Positions 36,811 through 47,411 of a stretch of 64,000 bases of DNA are shown here, piece by piece. Below the pieces are notes generated by a model. The model was not told the origin of the DNA. It saw only the letters and a list, made by a program, of their open reading frames with translations, and ran no database searches. The stretch comes from Candidatus Auribacterota bacterium (GTDB lineage: Bacteria > Auribacterota > Tritonobacteria > UBA1439): positions 4,634-68,633 of the forward strand of contig JAPLCX010000108.1 in the NCBI GenBank assembly GCA_026392035.1, written 5' to 3'. A program made the position numbers and the translations under genes. Each line of letters begins with the position of its first letter. Within the stretch, counting starts at the first letter, position 1.

Positions 36811-37968
36811 CTACTCTATCATCACGGTCGCTCTGTCCTGCGTCCGTACGTGGGCCGGGATGGGAGGAGCATCGGCGGGGAGCACCGCGACCGTCGCCGC
36901 CCAGACACCCGTGGGGAGATTCTCGCTCACGGTGTAATCGAGGAGGGTCTGGCAGACGCGTTCTCCCGAATTCTTGATGCCGCGCACGTAGGGATGGATG
37001 CCGCGCACGATGGCGCCGTTTCTCAGCAGGCTCATCTGCTTTCCCCATGGCGCGGTCAACATAACGTAGACGTCGTATCGGGATTCGCCCGGAGGAACCG
37101 GATGCGCCGCTCCGTCGGCCTGGGAGGGCTGAGGGATGGTCACGCAGGCGGAGATGACGATGTGGTCTCCCGCCGAGGCGCCATCAGTCCCGAGATCAAT
37201 CACGGTTGGTGAAATGGTGACGTAGTTCGCGGTCTCGGTGACCGCGTTGATCTCCACCTGCGCCCCATCCCAGATTGTGAATTCGCTGATGCCGACGTGA
37301 TCGTACTCGTTCCCCCAGTCATAGGTGTAGCCGAGCCTCGTCCAGGGATGAGCGGTGTCGGACGTATAAGAGATGCTTATCAGGTTATTGAACCAGTTCT
37401 TGTAGATATCGCTGATGACGATAACGGGCGAGACCGGAAAATCGAGCGACGCTTCATGGTCATTGATCTCGGGATCGGGGCTCGGGCGGACCAGGTCGGC
37501 CGGCTTCACCCAGAAGTCGACGAATTGCGTCTTGTCCGCGTCGGGGGGCATGCCGAGCATCTGTTTGAGCCGGAGGGTCAGGTCGGCCTCTGCGAAGGCG
37601 CGCGCGGCGACCCACTGCTTCAGTTCGGGCGGCGATGAAACCCAGATCAGATGTGCCATGCTCACGGTGACGGTGTCCCCCGGTTTTTTGACGGGGCCGT
37701 AGTATTTGTTATCCGCCCATGTCTCCATGAGCACACGGGTATTGTCCGCATTCCATGTCAGGTTTGGCTCTCCGGGAAGAACGGCGATGAGATTCTTGGA
37801 GATCTGTGCCTGGGTCGTATCCTTGGACGTCGCCGCGAGCGAGTCCAGATACTCCTGCGGCCAGCTCGCCGGGAATGCGGCGAGGAGAGTGGCGCCGCTC
37901 GTGAGGACGATGCCTGAGAAGAGGAGAGTGAGAAGCGGTAACGAATATTGTGGAAGCCGACGTTTCAT
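36811..37968 (-). CDS. Secreted hypothetical protein (385 aa)
   Basis: Clear signal peptide. No recognisable motifs. Confidence 0.5.
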   Translation of the reverse strand: MKRRLPQYSLPLLTLLFSGIVLTSGATLLAAFPASWPQEYLDSLAATSKDTTQAQISKNLIAVLPGEPNLTWNADNTRVLMETWADNKYYGPVKKPGDTVTVSMAHLIWVSSPPELKQWVAARAFAEADLTLRLKQMLGMPPDADKTQFVDFWVKPADLVRPSPDPEINDHEASLDFPVSPVIVISDIYKNWFNNLISISYTSDTAHPWTRLGYTYDWGNEYDHVGISEFTIWDGAQVEINAVTETANYVTISPTVIDLGTDGASAGDHIVISACVTIPQPSQADGAAHPVPPGESRYDVYVMLTAPWGKQMSLLRNGAIVRGIHPYVRGIKNSGERVCQTLLDYTVSENLPTGVWAATVAVLPADAPPIPAHVRTQDRATVMIE

Positions 37969-38263
37969 AACTTCCCTCCCTGTGCGGGTTAAGGTAATGT
38001 CAAAAGATATTGTAAAGCAACCACAGATTTCTCTGATTATTTATGCCTTTTCTGAGTAAATCAGTGGTGATTCATCTGTGGTAACATCCGTATAATTAAG
38101 CCGCTGTATAGAAATTCTTTCCTTTCTCCATTTACTACGTATAATTTACACTATTGCATATCGAAAGGCAAGGGTTGGGGGATTAATACTGACAGGCTTT
38201 GGTGAAGACCACCCCTCATGCCATGGGCATGCGTCCCGCTGTGGTGACGTACTCCGCCCCTCT

Positions 38264-40597
38264 TCAGTCCGCCCCGCGCGCCAGTGAGCCGCACGTGAGA
38301 AGCGCGATCCCATAGGCCCCCGCGGCCAGGAGATAGACCGCGCTGAATCCGTAAAACATGGCGAGCACCACGCTGAGCACGCTCCCCACCACGGTGGCGT
38401 AGGCATTCATAGCCCACCCCCAGGGGATGATCTGCTGAAGATTGCGCGCCATGAGCCTTACCGCGAGGGGAAACGGCATCCCCATGATGAAGCCATGGAC
38501 TCCGGTTATGGCAATGGCGAGAGAAATCCTGCCTGCGGTCGTCAGAGTCAAACCGCGATTCACCAGCCACGGCAGGCAGAGCGCCGCAGTGAGGATAAGG
38601 CAGATGTTCACTCCCAGCATTGCCTTGAGCGGGCCGGGCGTGGAAACGCCCATTCTCCCGCTGCACAGCGATCCGAGGCCCGCGAAGATGAGGAGCGAGC
38701 AGAGGACGACGGCAAGCGAGAGCGAGGGGTGGCCGAGCAGGAGCGTCAGTCGCTGCATGAGGCAGATCTCCACAAAGATGAACCCCATGCCGAGGCACGC
38801 AAAGTAGGTAATGGGGAGGAGGGCCGCGCGCGACAGCTCCTGCCTCCGCGATCTCCAGAGTGGCAGGAACAGAAAGACGAAGCTGAGCACCGCCGCCTCG
38901 GCGAGTATGCTCAGCATTACGAAATCGCCGTGGGGAATCCTTTTAAAAAATTTATATCTGTTATACCAGGCAAGGGTCTTCGGGAGAGTGGGATCCTTTG
39001 AGCGCCCCCACTGCACATAGTGATTGAAGAACGGCCAGTCGTCCGTTGAAGGGGCGAGGTTGGCCACATCGCGGTAGTACCATTCCCGCGGGTTGGCCGA
39101 CCGGAGAAATCCGTCGTACCACGAATCTCTGTCCGAGAGCCGATCGGGGATAAATCGTATTTCCCGTTTGAGTTTCTCCGCGAGTTCGCGTATGCGGTCA
39201 AGCTCCGGCGTGCTCCAGGGCGATTTTTTTATGAGCGTCTCATCGTCGAGAATGACGATATGTTTCCACGGCTCGCGCACTCCCTGCCTGCGGAAGGCTT
39301 CCATCGCGACGGACGCGAGCCGGATGTCGCCGTGGCGCCTTATGTCGATGATCCCCTCCGGTGAGAGGCGGTTCAGATAGAGCTGGAACGCCTCAACGGT
39401 GACCAGGTAGGTTTCTGATACATTCAACGCGCCGGACGCGAGCGCCACCGGCGTGAAGTTGTTCACCTGCTGGATGATGTCAAAGGTGCGCGGGGTCTGT
39501 TCGAGGTAGCTCCGCCCCTCGGCGCCGACCATCCGGACATTCGGCAGGTCATACGGCCGCCCGATGAAATCGGCGTATGCCTTTGTCGCCACCTGCACGA
39601 CGAGGGGATCCATTTCAATGCCGGTCACCTCGGGAGCGCCGAAGCCCACCGCGGCGATAACCTCGTGGCTGCCCGCCGGGCCGATGATGGCGACGGGGCC
39701 TGGTTTCCTGATCTGGTACACGAACGACGAGCGCCTCTTCCCCCACGCTTCCCTGTCAAAGTCGCGGGCATAGTCTCCCGAGAAGCGGATGAGGGGTGAT
39801 TCGTTCGTGCCGCCATCGATCCAGAGGACGGCGAGTTTGGGGGAGTAGAGTGCGACATCCACGCGCGAGAGGACGCCCCATCGCGTCCACCGAATCCGAC
39901 CTCGCGTGTAATCTGTTTTGAAGGCGCGTTTGTGGTCCCTCGGGATAAGGGGCACCACGGCCCCCGCGTACCAGGAGCCGAGGATGCTGAGCAGCAGCGC
40001 TGCGGCGAGCGCGGCGCGCCTGCCCCTGGCGGATCCCTCGCACAGCACGAGCGCCGCGAGGAATCCCATCGCGGCCACCGCGAACGATGTGCCCATCGGC
40101 CTGAGGAGGGGGAGCGCGAGAAAGAGCGCGAGGCACCCGATGCCGGCGCCGAGCAGGTCGCCGAAGTAGAGTTTATCGGCTTCATCGCTCCACACCGACA
40201 TGCCGATGCTCACCACCACGCCTACGAAATAAAACGGCGCGCCGAGAATTATGTAAAAAACAATAAGATAGATGAGCTGCGTGATCTGGCCGCTCAGCGC
40301 CGCAGAAACTTTTAAGGGAAAGATGTGGGCAACAAGCGTCGCGAGAATCGCGGTGCAGGAAAAGAGCACCGCCGCTTTTCGCATGGCCGGTCTCGCCTCG
40401 CTGGGGAGGGGTATCCCGCGAAGCTGCAGCACCACGCCCGCCAGGCCGAGCCCGAAGAGGGCGGTGCTGATGATGAGGAACGCGTAGTGGGAGAAGAAGA
40501 GCACGGAGAATATTCGCACAAAGGTCAGCTCCAGGAGGAGTGACCCTCCCGAGACGAGGCCTATCGCCATGACGACGCCGGGGGTGGAGCGCTTCAT
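38264..40597 (-). CDS. Fused polytopic membrane / spermidine-synthase-like protein (paralogue of the 9024-10502 gene), 777 aa
   Basis: N-terminal multi-TM domain, central PABS-like core (VAIIGPAGSHEVIAAVGFGAPEVTGIEMDPLVV), and additional C-terminal TM helices. Confidence 0.7.
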   Translation of the reverse strand: MKRSTPGVVMAIGLVSGGSLLLELTFVRIFSVLFFSHYAFLIISTALFGLGLAGVVLQLRGIPLPSEARPAMRKAAVLFSCTAILATLVAHIFPLKVSAALSGQITQLIYLIVFYIILGAPFYFVGVVVSIGMSVWSDEADKLYFGDLLGAGIGCLALFLALPLLRPMGTSFAVAAMGFLAALVLCEGSARGRRAALAAALLLSILGSWYAGAVVPLIPRDHKRAFKTDYTRGRIRWTRWGVLSRVDVALYSPKLAVLWIDGGTNESPLIRFSGDYARDFDREAWGKRRSSFVYQIRKPGPVAIIGPAGSHEVIAAVGFGAPEVTGIEMDPLVVQVATKAYADFIGRPYDLPNVRMVGAEGRSYLEQTPRTFDIIQQVNNFTPVALASGALNVSETYLVTVEAFQLYLNRLSPEGIIDIRRHGDIRLASVAMEAFRRQGVREPWKHIVILDDETLIKKSPWSTPELDRIRELAEKLKREIRFIPDRLSDRDSWYDGFLRSANPREWYYRDVANLAPSTDDWPFFNHYVQWGRSKDPTLPKTLAWYNRYKFFKRIPHGDFVMLSILAEAAVLSFVFLFLPLWRSRRQELSRAALLPITYFACLGMGFIFVEICLMQRLTLLLGHPSLSLAVVLCSLLIFAGLGSLCSGRMGVSTPGPLKAMLGVNICLILTAALCLPWLVNRGLTLTTAGRISLAIAITGVHGFIMGMPFPLAVRLMARNLQQIIPWGWAMNAYATVVGSVLSVVLAMFYGFSAVYLLAAGAYGIALLTCGSLARGAD

Positions 40598-40736
40598 TAT
40601 CTCATGCGCCTCAATGTTGGCCGCAAGGATAGTACGGGTGTCGGCACGGTGTCAACGGAAAAGCCCGGCGCCTTGTAATGCCTCAGAAGGTGTGAAATAA
40701 TTGGAAATCACCGCCTGAATATGAATGAGAAAGAAA

Positions 40737-40850
40737 ATGTCATTGCGATCCCGCAAAGCGGGAGAAGCAATCTCATGTTCTGCAATGAGTTGGGATTGCC
40801 GCGTCCGCCTCGTCCCGCTTAGCGGGACTCGGCGTCCTCGCAATGACAAC
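40737..40850. repeat. MITE-like ~114-bp palindromic element with terminal inverted repeats TGTCATTGCGA / TCGCAATGACA and internal GC hairpins; copy 1
   Basis: Second copy at 62108-62216 with the same termini (TGTCATTGCGAG/CTCGCAATGACA) and the same internal GCAATC...GATTGC palindrome. Confidence 0.6.
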
Positions 40851-41146
40851 CATACTGCCGATTTTTTCACACCTTCTGAGGGATTACGGCGCCTTTCCCA
40901 ATTTTGCCAAAACATCTTCACTGTTTCACCACGGAGCCTGCCTGGCGGCGGGCAGGGACACGGAGACACAACAGCCCAAGGTTGAAAGTGTGAGGTTTAA
41001 AGAACGGAACCGGATAATCCGCCATTCTTGGAACCTTATGCCTTACACTTTGAACTGCAGTTACTCTCCGTAGTGAAGACATTATTGCCGCGCTCTGACT
41101 ATTCTCGTCTTGTCAGGGGAGCATCTATTGTCTATCATGAGGCTCG

Positions 41147-43237
41147 ATGAAAATTGCCGGCAACAGATGGCTCACTGTCGCGCTGGATCTCCTCATTGCG
41201 CTCACCGCCGGCATCATCCTCTATGTGTTCCTGGTGGGTGGCATCACGATTCAGGTCGGCGGGGCGGTCCCCGGGCTCGGAAGGGCGAAACTCACCTGCA
41301 ATAAGCTCGTCAATCCGTCCCTCTTCTTGCTCTTCCTGCTCCTCCTCAGAGCGATTACATCCAGGCCCGCGCCGATCTCGCGCCTCAGGCGCTGGTGCAC
41401 GACCAACACGCGCACGATCCTTCTCACTCTCCTCGTCGCGCTCACCGCCTCGATCCCACGTCTCTGGAACCTCAATGGTCACAGCCTCGCGCCAGACGAG
41501 CTTGAGTGGAGAGACGGCGGTACGCGGCTGATTACCGGGCTGCGCGCGCGTGAGTTTAAGATGGCAACCGAGCACCTGTATTATCCAGGGGTCATACCGT
41601 CGGCGCTCATCGGCGCGTCGTATGTCTATTTGGGGAAGGAGACCTCGCCGCTCTCAGCCGATCTCATCCACCCGATTGTCGCGTTGCGGCTCCCTATTGC
41701 CCTCCTCGGCATCGCGACCTGTATCGCCGTCTACCTGATCGGGCGAATTGCCTTCGGGGGAGCGGTATCGTTCTGGGCCGCCGTTTTTCTCGCGCTTCTC
41801 CCGGAGCACATTGCCATTTCCCGCATTGCGCACGTTGACTGCGCCCTCACGCTCTTCTTCACGCTCGCCGTGCTGTGTTACCTGGTCTACGCTCATTCCC
41901 TGCGCCTCAAATGGAAGGTTGCGTCAGCGGTCTTTTTCGGGTGCGCCCTGCTCACCAAAAGCACTGCCATGCTGATCCCATTAATCTTGCTTGCGTGGAA
42001 GACATGCGTCTGCGTCTATGATCGGCGGGGGAGGCTGCGTTTCTGGGAGGCGAGCGATCTCGGCTGGCTCGGCGTCGGACTGGTGATCTATTTCTCGCTC
42101 TACACGAGGCTGTGGCATGAGCCGCACGAGCTCATATGGATCAAGTTTGTGCGCCGTCTCCCGCCGGCGGGGGTTCTGATCGCAGTGGTCAACTGGGTTT
42201 CCCGTTTCCCCTGGGCGCAGGGAGGGGGCGCGCTCCTGTGCGTGTACATACTTATCACCGCCGCCGGGAGGGCGATGCGCGGCGGGCCACCATCGCCCCG
42301 GAAGGCGGCCCATCCCGTGTGCGTGGGCATACTCCTGACCATCGTCTGTCTGGGATTCGTTCAGGTATTCCGGAAACCCATGGTGAATGCCCTCCTGTTC
42401 ATCTCCACCACGTATCACTTCGGGGATGCGGGACATCTGAAATACTGGATGGGCAACGTGGTGCTCAGTCCTCCCCGCTGGTTCTACCTCTTCATGCTCC
42501 TCATCTGCACGCCGCCGCTCGTGCTCGTCCTTCTGATCTGCGGGATTGTCAGGGGATGCGCCGTGCTGTGGAAAAGGGGAGACGGCTGGAGCGCCCACCT
42601 CCTGAGCCTCCTGGTGTCTCTCCTTTTCATTGCGGCGATGAGCTCGAGCCACAAGATGGCGATCCGGTATAGCGCCCCGACGTACCCGTTCATCTGCCTG
42701 CTCTCGGCGCTCGGGCTCACCGGGATAATCAATGCAATCGCGGGCAGCCGTCGCGCGTGGCGTCCGACGCTGCACGCGCTCGCGGGGGTCATCATTGTCA
42801 CTTCCTGCGGGATACCCCTTGCCAGAGTTGCGCCGTACTATGACATATACTGCAACATTTGCATCGGCGGGCTGGCGGGTGCCTCCCGTTGCATCTCAAT
42901 CGGGCACGGTCTGGGAACGAGAGAAGCGGTCGAGTACCTTAAATCCCGTGTGAAGAGCGGGGATTCTATCTATGTCGTCGGGCTTCATGGAGAGTTCCGC
43001 TACTACTGGGATCATGAGGGTCCGGGGCCGGCGTGCGGGGTCCGCATCAACCAGACGAGTCCTCCCCATGTCGATTGGCTGGTCATTCCCCTCGGGCACA
43101 GGATGAGAGGCCTGGCGGATGAAGAGCTCCGTCTCACGCCTCGTCGAACAAAGGTTCATGCAGTGACGAAGTGCGGCATCGATTTTCTTGACATTTATCG
43201 TGTGGAGGGCATGCCCGCGGGGGAATCAAATCTGTGA
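41147..43237 (+). CDS. GT39/GT83-family membrane glycosyltransferase (ArnT/PMT-like), 696 aa
   Basis: ArnT/PMT-like first-loop and TM pattern (DELEWRDGG ... YPPGVIPSALIGASYVYLG ... LPEHIAISRIAHVDCALTLFFTLAV). Confidence 0.7.
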   Translation: MKIAGNRWLTVALDLLIALTAGIILYVFLVGGITIQVGGAVPGLGRAKLTCNKLVNPSLFLLFLLLLRAITSRPAPISRLRRWCTTNTRTILLTLLVALTASIPRLWNLNGHSLAPDELEWRDGGTRLITGLRAREFKMATEHLYYPGVIPSALIGASYVYLGKETSPLSADLIHPIVALRLPIALLGIATCIAVYLIGRIAFGGAVSFWAAVFLALLPEHIAISRIAHVDCALTLFFTLAVLCYLVYAHSLRLKWKVASAVFFGCALLTKSTAMLIPLILLAWKTCVCVYDRRGRLRFWEASDLGWLGVGLVIYFSLYTRLWHEPHELIWIKFVRRLPPAGVLIAVVNWVSRFPWAQGGGALLCVYILITAAGRAMRGGPPSPRKAAHPVCVGILLTIVCLGFVQVFRKPMVNALLFISTTYHFGDAGHLKYWMGNVVLSPPRWFYLFMLLICTPPLVLVLLICGIVRGCAVLWKRGDGWSAHLLSLLVSLLFIAAMSSSHKMAIRYSAPTYPFICLLSALGLTGIINAIAGSRRAWRPTLHALAGVIIVTSCGIPLARVAPYYDIYCNICIGGLAGASRCISIGHGLGTREAVEYLKSRVKSGDSIYVVGLHGEFRYYWDHEGPGPACGVRINQTSPPHVDWLVIPLGHRMRGLADEELRLTPRRTKVHAVTKCGIDFLDIYRVEGMPAGESNL

Positions 43238-44913
43238 TCAGCGGTGGGACACTCTTCCCGCCGCAGGTATGATCCGCGCTGCGCCACATCCGCGGGCAGG
43301 AGGGATGAGAACGACTTGAGGTTTTCTCGCAGGGGCCCCTCGGCAGACGGCTGCACCGCGTAGAATGAGACGGCATCGTTGCCGCACACCACGTTGTGCG
43401 CGATCTTCCATTGCCCGACCTCCATCCATTCCGGTGGTATCAGGCTGTTTCCCCGCTGCGCAGCCCGGAGGTCATAGAGCGCCGCGATCATGACCCCCTC
43501 TGAGCGCGCCAGGTCCCGCACCCGAGCGCTGGTGTAGCTCCCCCCACGCATTTCCCTCGCGACGGTCATGTTGCCAAGCCCGGCCATGTCAATGCAGCGG
43601 ATGTCGGCCAGGTAATTGATCGCCCCCACGTCGTTTGCGGCGACGGTCGCCCCCTGATAGAAGCGTTGCAGGAACAACCCCATCTGGTACTGCTGCTCAT
43701 AGATATTTGTGGTGGCACGCGGGATTTTCTTCACGGCCTGTGCGCCCCGAGTGCCGAGAGAGAGAGCCGATAAGAGGATGAGAATGGACAGTGCGGTGCG
43801 TGCGGGCGTTGAGAGCTCAGGCGCGACGGGTATCCTCCGCGGGAAGTACTCTGAGAGCGCCCAGGTGATCGCACAGGTGCCGAGAGCAACGAGGTATGCC
43901 TCATACCGGTAGAACCAGCCGGTCCTCGCGAATTGCATATGGAGAAGGGTGGTGCCGATGAAGATGAGGAGCATGATCTGAGACCGTTCCCATATCCCCT
44001 TGTGTGTCCGGATGAGGTATGCCGCCAGCGCCGTTGCGGTCAGGATCAACATGTGGGGCGCCTGGATAAATTGCATCGCGGCTGAGTAGCCGAGAAAATT
44101 GATAACGCCCCGCGCGGAGGCGAGGTGGGGTGATTTCCCTTTTATGAGCGCCGAGTTGGGCAGGAAGAACCAGCCATGATTGATCGATATAATCCCGTAG
44201 ATCGTGACGGGGACGAGCGCTGCCACCCCCATTGCAAGTGCGAGGAGATACCGTCTTCGCAGGATAAAGAGGATGCACACGACGAGCACCAGAAAGAGGC
44301 CCTCGTACCGGATAAGGGGCAGGAACGCGGCTGAGAGAATCAGGTAAAAAACCGAGGGCGAACAGCGGGCATGATCGCTGGAGAGGACCTGTGCCGCAAT
44401 GAATACGAAGATAATGGTGACGAGGATGTGGAGGACATGTTCCTGGCCGCTGAATACCAGCGGAGGAAGCGGCGTCAGAAAAATGATCGCGATCAGGACC
44501 ATGAGTGTGTATGCCGGATGGGGGGACGGCCGCCGCGCGCGCGTGAGCCCGTACACCGCGAGCACCAGAACGGTTGCGGACAGGATATTCAAAATAAAAG
44601 GAATGGCTTCATTGACCCCGGCTATCAGGTAGAGGAACGACAGGATGAGCGTCCAGAACAGCGAAGAAGATGATGAGGTGAATCCATATCTGGTGATCCC
44701 CCAGATCCCGTACCGGGCGAAGTTCTTTGCCATCGCCATGTGGATGTAGGGATCGTCGAGGGCATACACGAGATGCCCCTGGTTCTGCCTGAGGGATAAG
44801 AATGCGAGCACCCCTATGGCGAGCCATAGGATGAGGAGTGCGATGCCCGGCAGCCAGTGTGCGCGCAGAGAAAATCTCATAGGATTCAACCCGTCACTCG
44901 ACCTCAAGCGCAC
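43195..44913 (-). CDS. Polytopic membrane protein, GT-C-like (putative glycosyltransferase), 572 aa
   Basis: ~12 TM helices with an early LDDPYIHMAMAKNF loop, then a C-terminal soluble domain. The last 43 nt overlap the convergent GT39 gene. Confidence 0.45.
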   Translation of the reverse strand: MRLRSSDGLNPMRFSLRAHWLPGIALLILWLAIGVLAFLSLRQNQGHLVYALDDPYIHMAMAKNFARYGIWGITRYGFTSSSSSLFWTLILSFLYLIAGVNEAIPFILNILSATVLVLAVYGLTRARRPSPHPAYTLMVLIAIIFLTPLPPLVFSGQEHVLHILVTIIFVFIAAQVLSSDHARCSPSVFYLILSAAFLPLIRYEGLFLVLVVCILFILRRRYLLALAMGVAALVPVTIYGIISINHGWFFLPNSALIKGKSPHLASARGVINFLGYSAAMQFIQAPHMLILTATALAAYLIRTHKGIWERSQIMLLIFIGTTLLHMQFARTGWFYRYEAYLVALGTCAITWALSEYFPRRIPVAPELSTPARTALSILILLSALSLGTRGAQAVKKIPRATTNIYEQQYQMGLFLQRFYQGATVAANDVGAINYLADIRCIDMAGLGNMTVAREMRGGSYTSARVRDLARSEGVMIAALYDLRAAQRGNSLIPPEWMEVGQWKIAHNVVCGNDAVSFYAVQPSAEGPLRENLKSFSSLLPADVAQRGSYLRREECPTADHRFDSPAGMPSTR

Positions 44914-45238
44914 GGATGTAGATCGCCTGATCGATCGCGCTCACTGCGTCGGCCGAGTTGCACGAGGAGCACCTCAGATCCTCCTCGTGCTCGCTTTCGA
45001 ACTCGGTGCCGCAGTCCGCGCATCGGTAGCGGGCGGGCGATCGGATGAGTTTCAGTTTCGCGCCCTCCATGCAGGACGATTTCGCGGCGATGTCAAAGCA
45101 GGACTGGATGTGATCTTCCGTGAGGCAGCTGTACCTCCCGCACACGACCTCGATCGCCTTCACCTTTGAGAAATGATCTCTCGCGCGCTGGAGGTCTATT
45201 CGCCGGATAATTTCTTGGACGATCGACAGCTCGTGCAT
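44894..45238 (-). CDS. hypA: Hydrogenase nickel-incorporation protein HypA
   Basis: MHELSIVQEII N-terminus. Zinc site CADCG...CSSC. Confidence 0.85.
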   Translation of the reverse strand: MHELSIVQEIIRRIDLQRARDHFSKVKAIEVVCGRYSCLTEDHIQSCFDIAAKSSCMEGAKLKLIRSPARYRCADCGTEFESEHEEDLRCSSCNSADAVSAIDQAIYIRALEVE

Positions 45239-45277
45239 GTGTGACGTGACCCTCCCACGCGATGGTTCGCCGCGACG

Positions 45278-46294
45278 TCAGCAAATCCTCGGGAGCAGCT
45301 CTCCCTCGAGGAGCGGGACAAACCGTTTTGTGCCGATGTTCGTCCGGAGGCTGACGGGGGGGATCTGATCGGCATAGGGCGTCGCATCCACCCTTCCGAT
45401 CACCGCCGCGTCCCTGCCGAGAGGCATCGTTCTCATGGCCTTGAGAATATCGGCGGTTGCGCCCGGGTCGGCGACAATGACCAGTTTCCCCTCACTCGCG
45501 ATATACAGCGGATCCATCCCCAGGAGATCGCAGCAGCTGCGGACCTCCCGTCGTATGGGGAGCTTGTCTTCAAACAGTGTCGCGGTGACCCGCGAAGCCC
45601 GCGCGATCTCGTTGAGCGCGCTGGCGACGCCGCCTCTCGTCGGATCCCTCATCACGTGGAGAAAACCGCTCCAGGCGGATATGCCCTCCACGATCTCACA
45701 GAGGGGAGCGACGTCACTCCGTATCTCCGGCGTGAACCCCAGCCCTTCCCGCGCGTTCAGTATCGCCATGCCATGATCGGCGATCGTACCCGAGATGAGG
45801 ATGTCGTCGCCCGGCCGCGCCCGCGATGAGGAGATGTCCATCCCCTCCATGATCGCCCCGATCCCCGAGGTCGTGATGAAAATGCCATCCGCGTCACCCC
45901 GGCGCACGACCTTGGTATCGCCGGTGACCAGGTTGATGCCGAGGGCGCCAGTCGCCTTCCGCATGGAGCGGGCGATCTTTTTGAGATCCTCTATCAGGAA
46001 TCCCTCTTCAATGATAAATGCCGCGGCAATGGCCAGCGGCCGCGCGCCCTTGGCGGCGAGATCGTTGACGGTCCCGCATATGGACAGTGTGCCGATATCT
46101 CCACCCGGGAAGAAAATCGGTTGTATCGTGTACGAGTCGGTGGTGAATGCGAGGTGCGCGGTGTCAACGGTGAGCGCGGCGGAATCATCGAGGGTGTTCA
46201 GTATCTCATTCCCGTATATCGGGAGGAACACCTCCGACAGCAGTTGTGACGAGTGTGCACCGCCGCCGCCCATGGAGAGTGTGACGGTATCCAT
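45278..46294 (-). CDS. hypE: Hydrogenase maturation carbamoyl dehydratase HypE
   Basis: AIR-synthase-like fold motifs (GGGAHSSQLL, DDSAAL, TTDSY) and C-terminal PRIC with terminal Cys. The ATG lies 1 nt after the hypD TGA, with GGAGG upstream. Confidence 0.85.
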   Translation of the reverse strand: MDTVTLSMGGGGAHSSQLLSEVFLPIYGNEILNTLDDSAALTVDTAHLAFTTDSYTIQPIFFPGGDIGTLSICGTVNDLAAKGARPLAIAAAFIIEEGFLIEDLKKIARSMRKATGALGINLVTGDTKVVRRGDADGIFITTSGIGAIMEGMDISSSRARPGDDILISGTIADHGMAILNAREGLGFTPEIRSDVAPLCEIVEGISAWSGFLHVMRDPTRGGVASALNEIARASRVTATLFEDKLPIRREVRSCCDLLGMDPLYIASEGKLVIVADPGATADILKAMRTMPLGRDAAVIGRVDATPYADQIPPVSLRTNIGTKRFVPLLEGELLPRIC

Positions 46295-46295
46295 C

Positions 46296-47411
46296 TCACC
46301 GCCCTCCATAATAATAGTGCGCAGCGCAGGCGCCCTCGCGTGACACCATGCACGGTCCGACCGGATGCGCGGGCGTGCACGCCGATCTAAAGAGCGCGCA
46401 CTCGGTCGGTGTGCGCTTCCCTGCGAGGACCTCGCCGCAGCTGCAGCCCGCCGGTTCGGATACGGCACCGATCTCGAAATCAATCAGCGCGTCTGCGTCG
46501 AAACGGCTAAATTCGCCCGTGAGCCTTACCCCGCTGTTTCTGATCTCCCCCAGACCCCTCCATGTCGAGTCGCATTCGGTGAATACCGAAGCGATGAGAT
46601 CCTGTGCCCGCTGATTGCCGCGGGGTGATACAAACCGCGCGTACTGGTTTTTAATCGCCGGTTCCCGCCGGCTGATCATGTCCAGCAGGAGCAGGATCCC
46701 CTCCAGCAGGTCAACTGCCTCAAAGCCGGCGATCACGCCGGGGACATGATACCGCTCCGCTATGAAACTGTACGCGCCCTCTCCTATGATGGAGCTCACA
46801 TGGCCGGGCAGAATAAAGCCATCTATGCGGATATCGCCAGAAGACAACAGGGCGTCAACGGCGGGGGGAATCAACTTGAACGCCGTGAGGAGATAGAGGT
46901 TTGTTATCCGGTGTGCCGCGGCCCGTTGCACGACGGAGGCGAACAAGGGGATCGTCGTCTCAAAACCAACCCCAAAGAGGACCACATCCGTGCGTGGCTC
47001 ATTTCTGGCGAACTCCAGGGCATCAAGGGGGCTGTACATGATCCTCACGCGCGCCCCCCGATTCGCTCGCGCCGACTCCAGGGTGTCAGATACCCCGGGA
47101 ACTTTGAGCATATCGCCAAAACAGAATAGGACGGTGTCCTTCCTGCAGGCTAGTCCGATGGCGCTCTCCATCGATTTCAGAGGGGTGACGCACACGGGGC
47201 AGCCCGGCCCCGACGCGAGATGAATGTGCTCCGGCAGCCCCTGCCGTACGCCGGTGGCGAAGAGTGCCATCGTGTGGGTTCCGCAGACTTCCATGAGGGT
47301 CGCTTGGGTTTCGCGGGAGCGGATTTCCCCCAGGAGCCTGCGCGCGATCTCAGGATTTCTAAAATTGTCCAGGAGGCTCGCTGAGCTGTTTGAAATACTC
47401 GATGGTTTCAA
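46296..47411 (-). CDS. hypD: Hydrogenase maturation factor HypD
   Basis: MEVCGTHTMA (CGxH) and GPGCPVC motifs. FeS-cluster Cys motifs near the C-terminus. Confidence 0.85.
   Translation of the reverse strand: MKPSSISNSSASLLDNFRNPEIARRLLGEIRSRETQATLMEVCGTHTMALFATGVRQGLPEHIHLASGPGCPVCVTPLKSMESAIGLACRKDTVLFCFGDMLKVPGVSDTLESARANRGARVRIMYSPLDALEFARNEPRTDVVLFGVGFETTIPLFASVVQRAAAHRITNLYLLTAFKLIPPAVDALLSSGDIRIDGFILPGHVSSIIGEGAYSFIAERYHVPGVIAGFEAVDLLEGILLLLDMISRREPAIKNQYARFVSPRGNQRAQDLIASVFTECDSTWRGLGEIRNSGVRLTGEFSRFDADALIDFEIGAVSEPAGCSCGEVLAGKRTPTECALFRSACTPAHPVGPCMVSREGACAAHYYYGGR

Noticed and set aside
43195-43237. 43-bp convergent overlap between the GT39 gene (+) and the GT-C-like membrane protein gene (-) as a sign of a frameshift or misassembly
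   Set aside because: Both reading frames are continuous and end in plausible C-termini. Short convergent 3' overlaps are common. There is not enough evidence for an error.
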